The notes beneath the pieces were generated by a model, which did not search any database, was not told where the DNA came from, and saw only the letters and a program-made list of their open reading frames with translations. From positions 82,522,001 through 82,586,000 of the forward strand of contig OZ024742.1 in the NCBI GenBank assembly GCA_964016885.1: a stretch of DNA of 64,000 nucleotides. The letters are read 5' to 3'. Position 1 is the first letter of the stretch, and each line of letters begins with the position of its first letter. Both the position numbers and the translations under genes were made by a program. Source of the DNA: Eledone cirrhosa. Lineage: Eukaryota. Shown here in pieces: positions 57,642 to 64,000 of this stretch.

Positions 57642-57649
57642 CTTCGCCT

Positions 57650-57855
57650 AATCAATAGCCAATCGACCCACAGAATTCGATTCCAGTCCGTGGCGGCTAT
57701 GAATGTATGTGATGACCAACACAGTAAAATGTTGGTAACTGAAAACTCTCCGCGTCACAATGCTGTCTCCTGATTGGCTATCGATTTATAAATTTACGTG
57801 ATGACAGGAGACGAAGTTAAAATAGTTCCGCCCCGCCATAATCACTTAGCCAACA
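57650..57855. promoter_or_regulatory. CCAAT/GC-box cluster, upstream of the minus-strand HHR
   Basis: gccaatc near 57658, gattggct near 57772, ccgccccgcc near 57828; motif match only. Confidence 0.3.
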
Positions 57856-58071
57856 AATCTCAAACACAAATTAACAAGTTAGTGAAAAAATTATTATTAG
57901 AGAAATTCAGTCTCTAATCGCTGTGCAATAGAATGGTAGCATTCGGCTCTAGTCTTCAAGTCCCATGGCGAGAAATTGTGCAATAGTAACAATGATAGAG
58001 CCTAAAACCTTTACGGTCATTAGATACCAACTGGCGATTATACAGCGATATATATATATATATATATATAT

Positions 58072-59373
58072 AACAATACACGTAAAACATTAGCTATAAC
58101 ATCACAAGACAACAAACAACATCCTGTCCTACCTAAACAACTTCATCAACCCATCCATGCCAATACAACAACGCAAAATTATAACTGTAACTGTGTCCAA
58201 CCAGGAATGTGTCCGTTGAACAATCAGTGTCTTGAACGCAACATCATATACAAATGTACTATCGAATCGGATAGACAGAAGTGGTACTATGTGGGATCTA
58301 CAGCTACCTCCTTCAAATCACGCCTTTATAGACATCGTTACTCGATAAAACATGAAAACCAGCGTTATGTAACAACACTCGCAGACAAGGCTTGACAACT
58401 GCGAGAAAATAACCAACAATTTAACCTCAAATGGGATATAATAGCGGCTGCTCCTCCATATTCCCACGGACAGGAATTTTCTAAATTATGTAATATGGAA
58501 TTATTTTGTATTATGACATCCAAAAACATTTTATTAAATAACAGAATAGAGCGATCGTTATACTGTAACCGTCGCTTAAAATCTACATTTTCATATTACA
58601 AATACTACCAGGATTGAACACCTGTCTCCATCTCCGTTTGATTGTCAAAATACATATTAACATTCTCTATTAGTCTTAATTCTATCAACTCTTCTATTTT
58701 TTACCATTTAATATAAACTGCTATAAATAAAATGAGATTTCTTAATTCAATTCCCTAATGCATATACCAGCTGGCTACTAGCATTGATGTTATTCAGTAG
58801 AAGTCGAAATTCCCCCTTCCTCAATTGACACTTTATAATTTATACTACTACACCAAATGACCAGCCCCGTCCATTGTTCAATTGGTCAAGTATAGATTAA
58901 AATAGGCACTCCCAAAAATTCTTATTTAGATAAAATAAACCATTTACTCATTGTATTCTCATTAGAAACCCTTTATATACTTGTTTAGCAGTAAATTGAA
59001 TTACCATATATCATACTATCCCCTCTTTTCTTCCTCTATTACCACTAATATAAATACTTCAATTTTTTTGATTTTATCCAATTTATCCAAAATCTCTGAA
59101 GAAGTGACAACTGATTATACATTTGCTATCGAATACTTGCTAACATTATATGATTACGCAAGCAGCGATACATAGGTATTCCGCCTGTTACAGAAACATA
59201 TGTCAATACTTAATAAATTCCTTTTTTTAAAAAAAAGCACTTTCATTTTATATTCATCTTTTCTACATTTTCTCCGGAATATAATTGATACTCGTTGAGC
59301 AAACCTACACGTACGCTGTTCATCTCTAACGTAACGATATATTATCACTACATTATTGATAACCTGAAATTTG

Positions 59374-59375
<2 letters not shown>
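58072..59375 (+). mobile_element. 5'-truncated Naiad-type PLE (GIY-YIG plus 3' region, HHR-like motif at 59096-59204)
   Basis: CNC..MCPLNNQCL..IIYKC..YYVGSTATSFKSR..TTLADKA*QL..KLCNME..LLNNRIERSLYC; CTGAAGA..90 nt..GAAACATATGTC. Confidence 0.88.
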
Positions 59376-59412
<37 letters not shown>

Positions 59413-59413
<1 letters not shown>

Positions 59414-60263
59414 TTTTAATGAGTTCAAAACTCAGGTAGTCCTGTACAATGAAATAGCTCAAAGAAAGAAGTATTTCTGAGCCGTGTAATACAAGTTAAT
59501 ATAAATTAATATATTTGATAAACACAAATACCAACATATCCATGTTTGTATTGTAAATGACTAAGTTAGCTAGATTGAAAAATACTAATTTTAATAATAC
59601 AGTTTGCCTGTCTCGATTTAAAATAATAAATCAATAAAAACAAAGTATATTGGCAAATGGCCGTGGTGCTTGGACAAATTTAAATTTCAAAATCAAACCT
59701 GTTCCGTAGACAGGTTTAAACCTTAAAATCCAAATAAGTTTCGAAAAATGACAAATGAAAAAGTGGAACAAATACCGCATTTATATCTCCTCAGCAAGCA
59801 CAGAAAAATTGGTATGTTTCACTTCAAAATATTTTAAAAGGCTGTTTAACGCACATGGTTTTCCACATGGTTATCCAGTGTCAGCTACCGCATACTCGTG
59901 CTGCTAGAAATAACAGCCGTTTATATGGGGCTAAATTCAGCTCTACATAAGGAGCAGTGATACTATTAATGAGTTCAAAACTCAGGTAGTTCTTTACAAT
60001 GAAATAACTCAAAGAAAGAAGTATTTCTGAGCCGTGTAATACAAGTTAATATAAATTAATATATTTGATAAACACAAATACCAACATATCCATGTTTTTG
60101 CCAATATACTTTGTTTTTATTGATTTATTATTTTAAATCAAGACAAGCAAACTGTATTATTATAATTAGTATTTTTCAATCTAGCTAACTTAGTCATTTA
60201 CAATACAAACATGGATTTGTTGGTATTTGTGTTTATCAAATATATTAATTTATATTAACTTGT
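59413..60263 (-). repeat. Family A diverged copy: 550-bp unit x1.2 plus inverted segment
   Basis: taatgagttcaaaactcagg at 59417 and 59967; 60099-60263 is the reverse complement of 59490-59655. Confidence 0.85.
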
Positions 60264-61381
60264 ATATATATATATATTTATTTATTAAAATAACAGATTA
60301 AAGTTTAAGCAAAGAATCGCTGCTTTCACCCTTAACGGGATCTTCTGAAACTAACAAAGTCAATCTGTGAAGGCAGAAGTGAATATTTCAAAAAACGTTG
60401 CAACCGGAGTAAGACAGGTAGACGATACTTTGGTTCGTGGGTGGAAACGTTCCCTGGCAAAAAAGGCACTCCAACGCAACCTTATATATATCATGCCGAT
60501 TAATATGCATAGGTATTTCAGTTTCGCTGTATTATGCCCCCCCCCCCTCATTCAGCCTGTTATATAAAATAAAAATGACTACCTCCACCTGTTCAAAACA
60601 GAAGTTGAAAATGCATAGACGTTCATTTAAAGGTTATTTCTTCTTTCATCCTTCAAACGAATATTTTTTATAATTATTGCATTAAATATAACCGGCTTCG
60701 ATTGGTATAACAATCTTATGAAATATTACATATCAAATATTAAATAAGCAAAAGATATATGCACATCTATTTCGTACATAAAAATATAAATGCATGATTA
60801 TTTGTCTGTATGTGTTTGGGCGTGTGTGTGTGTATGTGTGAGTGGGTGCTTAATTGTAAGTACGTGTATATACGCACCACTGTGTAAGGTTGTGTGCGTA
60901 CGTTTCTGCTTGTGCATACATCTACCAGTGTGTATTTTGTTATAAATCTTGGTGTGATACAGATTGAGACCGAATATTTCGTTAATCAGTATCCGAGAGT
61001 TGCTGTTTAAAATGTGGTTGAAAAATAAAAGGTTATATGCTATTTTTGTTTAGCTTTCGTAATAAAAAATCATTGAATAAATTTAAGATAATGATGGAAT
61101 ATATGTTATGAAATGATTTTCAATCTTATGCTAAAACTATTTACAATAATCTTTAATATTTGATATCTCCATATTCTAAGATGACAACAATTAATTGCCG
61201 AATATTGCATTATCTTTACATCTCATATGTCATGTGGAAAGAAGTTTGGGGAATTTGGCGTGAGGTATGTAATTCAATTCTTGGTTGAAACCAAATATTG
61301 CGTGTCTAACATTTACACTAACATACACGTACACTGTCAAGCTCAAATACACACACACGCACACAAACGCACCCACACACT

Positions 61382-61421
<40 letters not shown>

Positions 61422-61617
61422 CGTGTTTTTGTGTGTATCTGTTTGTGTGTGTATGTGTGTATGTGTGTGTGTGTGCGTGTGTGTGTGAGTGTGTGTACGT
61501 TTGTATGTATGTAAGTATGTATGTAAGTATCTATGTGTGCATATACCTACGTCACAACTTAGACAGGTTCCGAATCATTTCCAATTCTTAAATGTTCATA
61601 CTGTTTTTAAGATCACA

Positions 61618-61655
<38 letters not shown>

Positions 61656-61736
61656 CGAGTAGGACCCCGACGGCTGAGCTCAAGCCGTTTCGACAGCTAA
61701 TTCTGAGAAGGTTGGACATATACATATATACATACC

Positions 61737-61795
<59 letters not shown>

Positions 61796-61841
61796 CTATA
61801 TGATTGTGTGTGCTTGTGCGTGTATGTGTCTGCGTGTGTAT

Positions 61842-61879
<38 letters not shown>

Positions 61880-61881
<2 letters not shown>

Positions 61882-62102
61882 CGAAGGAAATGTGGTAAGG
61901 AGCCAGGTGGACCATAACGCACCAAAGTACTGAATACTTAGGGTAGTAGAGTGGGTAATAGGAACGAGTAGGACCCCGTCGAAACGGCTTGAGCTCAGCC
62001 GTCGGGGTCCTACTCGTTCCTATTACCCACTCTACTACCCTAAGTATTCAGTACTTTGGAGCGTTATGGTCCAGCTGGTTCCATACCACATTTCCTTCGT
62101 TA
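61880..62102. mobile_element. Family I fold-back element
   Basis: About 98-bp inverted arms (61880-61977 and 62004-62102) around gtcGAAACGGC..GCCGTC; TA flanks. Confidence 0.85.
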
Positions 62103-62112
62103 TATATATATA

Positions 62113-62150
<38 letters not shown>

Positions 62151-62381
62151 CACACTCAGACACATACACGCACAAGCACACACACTCATATAGATATACA
62201 TATATATATATATTTATATATATATATATGAAGGACGTAAATAATAAAGTTATGAAAATTGACTTACTTACTAATTGTTCTGCATTCCCCTGCATAGAAC
62301 TACAAAGTTACTAAGACAAAACATATATATCTGCTAGCGTAGGTATGCATCTGTATACATATGTCGGTAGACATATTAATT

Positions 62382-62485
<104 letters not shown>

Positions 62486-62699
62486 ATATGTATATGTCCA
62501 AAATTAAATTAAGGGGTGTCATGTCTGAGAGACATGCGCCATATCCACTGTAGAATAAGCTCAAAGATTCTAATCATCTAAAGATACTAGAATCGATCGG
62601 GCCGGATTGGTAAGGATCGCCAAACGATCGTCACATCAGAATAAACGTAATGGTGATAGTTTGACACCTCGCTCATTATCATTATTAAAGGTTAACTTA

Positions 62700-63367
62700 G
62701 GGCGGTGGATTGGCAGTATCGGTAAGGGTCGGACGCCATGCTTTGAAGCATAGAGTTACCTCCCTTTATGATCTGAGTTCAAATCCCGCCGAGGTTAACT
62801 TTGCCTTTCATCCTTACGGGGTCGATAAAATAAAGTACCAGTAATGCACTGGAATAATTGCTGGCCTTGTGCCAAAAGTAGAAACAATTATTAAAGGTTA
62901 ACTTTGCTTTTCATCCTTACAGGGTCGATAAAATAAAGTACCAGTAATTTACTGGGCAATTACTGGCCTTGTGCCAAACGTAGAAACAATTATTATTGGT
63001 GGATTGGCAGTATCGGTAGAGAGTCGGACGCCATGCTTTGACGCATAGAGTTACGGCTCTTGCCATTCTGAGTTCAAATCCCGCCGAGGTTAACTTAGCC
63101 TTTCATCCTTATGGGGTCGATAAAATAAAGTACCAGTAATACACTGGGAAATTGCTGGCCTTGTGCCAAAACTAGAAACAATTATTATTGGTGGATTGGC
63201 AGTATCGGAAGAGGGTCGGACACCATGCTTTGTAGCATAGAGTTATGTACCTTTAAAGTATGAGTTCAAATCCCACCGAGGTTAAACCAGACTTTCGTCC
63301 TTACGAGGGTCGATAAAATAAAGTAACAGTAATACACTGCCAAAAGTAGAAACAATTATTATTATTA
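62700..63367 (+). mobile_element. Tandem array of four tRNA-derived SINE copies
   Basis: Units at about 62700, 62895, 62998 and 63190, each ending gaaacaattatt. Confidence 0.92.
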
Positions 63368-63553
63368 ACACTATGCTTAGAAAGAAGACCAATAACTGTT
63401 TGGAGTATGTGAATTTAGTATATATAATGATATACATATGCATCTTACCGATTGGTGCTTGATAAAAAAACTCCCACTCCTGCAAATCTAACTAACCAAA
63501 AATATTATTCTACCTGTATAAGGAAAATCAATAATAACATTATAAATAATAAT

Positions 63554-63740
63554 AATTGTTTCTACTTTAGGCACAAGGCCAGCAATTATCCAGTGCATTA
63601 CTGGTACTTTATTTTATCGACCCCGTAAGGATGAATGGCAAAGTCAACCTCGGCGGGATTTGAACTCAGATCGTAAAGGGACGTAACTATGCTGGAAAGC
63701 ATGGCGTCCGACCCTCTACCGATACTGCCAATCCACCGCC
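63554..63740 (-). mobile_element. Full-length tRNA-derived SINE with TSD
   Basis: Reverse complement of the consensus; ataaataataat at 63542-63553 and 63745-63756. Confidence 0.9.
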
Positions 63741-64000
63741 ATCATAAATAATAATGATGTAATGCATTTTACCCCAACCTATCATTTTGCATGTTGTATC
63801 AACACCATGTTCAATATGATTTGTAAATTTAATTGCTTGGTTCACGTCTAGCATTTGATATTGGCTCGATTCTTATTACGTTTTGCATTTAGTAAACATT
63901 GTTCCTTCTGACATTTCCTATAAAAATGAACTATTTTAATCATATTGAAACGGATGTAGAAATGAAAGAATAAATTTAAGTTGTTAAACTTGGTCTTTTG

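Noticed and set aside
58393-58395. In-frame TGA in the GIY-YIG fragment as selenocysteine
   Set aside because: It aligns with conserved Trp (KIW/KAW in the other copies), so it is a TGG-to-TGA decay mutation.

Overview
AT-rich, microsatellite-saturated animal genomic DNA, probably intronic or intergenic. The SINE types and (TA)n/(CA)n density suggest an octopus-like cephalopod (inference). No convincing intact host gene is present; most listed ORFs are microsatellite artefacts. Penelope-like retroelements (PLEs) dominate: one near-full-length, decayed Naiad-type element (1481-6958; RT plus C-terminal GIY-YIG, direct and inverted pseudo-LTRs) and several 5'-truncated PLE fragments. There are also about ten non-coding repeat families in tandem and/or fold-back arrangement, almost all embedded in (TA)n. 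Reading by eye reveals more than 25 intact or decayed type-I hammerhead ribozyme (HHR) motifs in these repeats. Most have palindromic stem III (dimer type), many have a 50-90 nt branched domain II, and some have recurrent non-canonical cores (UUGAUAA with compensatory U3-A8; CCGUCG[A/G]). One fold-back junction falls at the predicted ribozyme cleavage site. Also present: a decayed R4/Dong-like RLE LINE, tRNA-derived SINEs (two tandem arrays, TSDs starting ATTAT), a Helitron Rep relic, an RTE-like fragment and small fold-back elements. All structures were assigned by eye, without folding or database searches.
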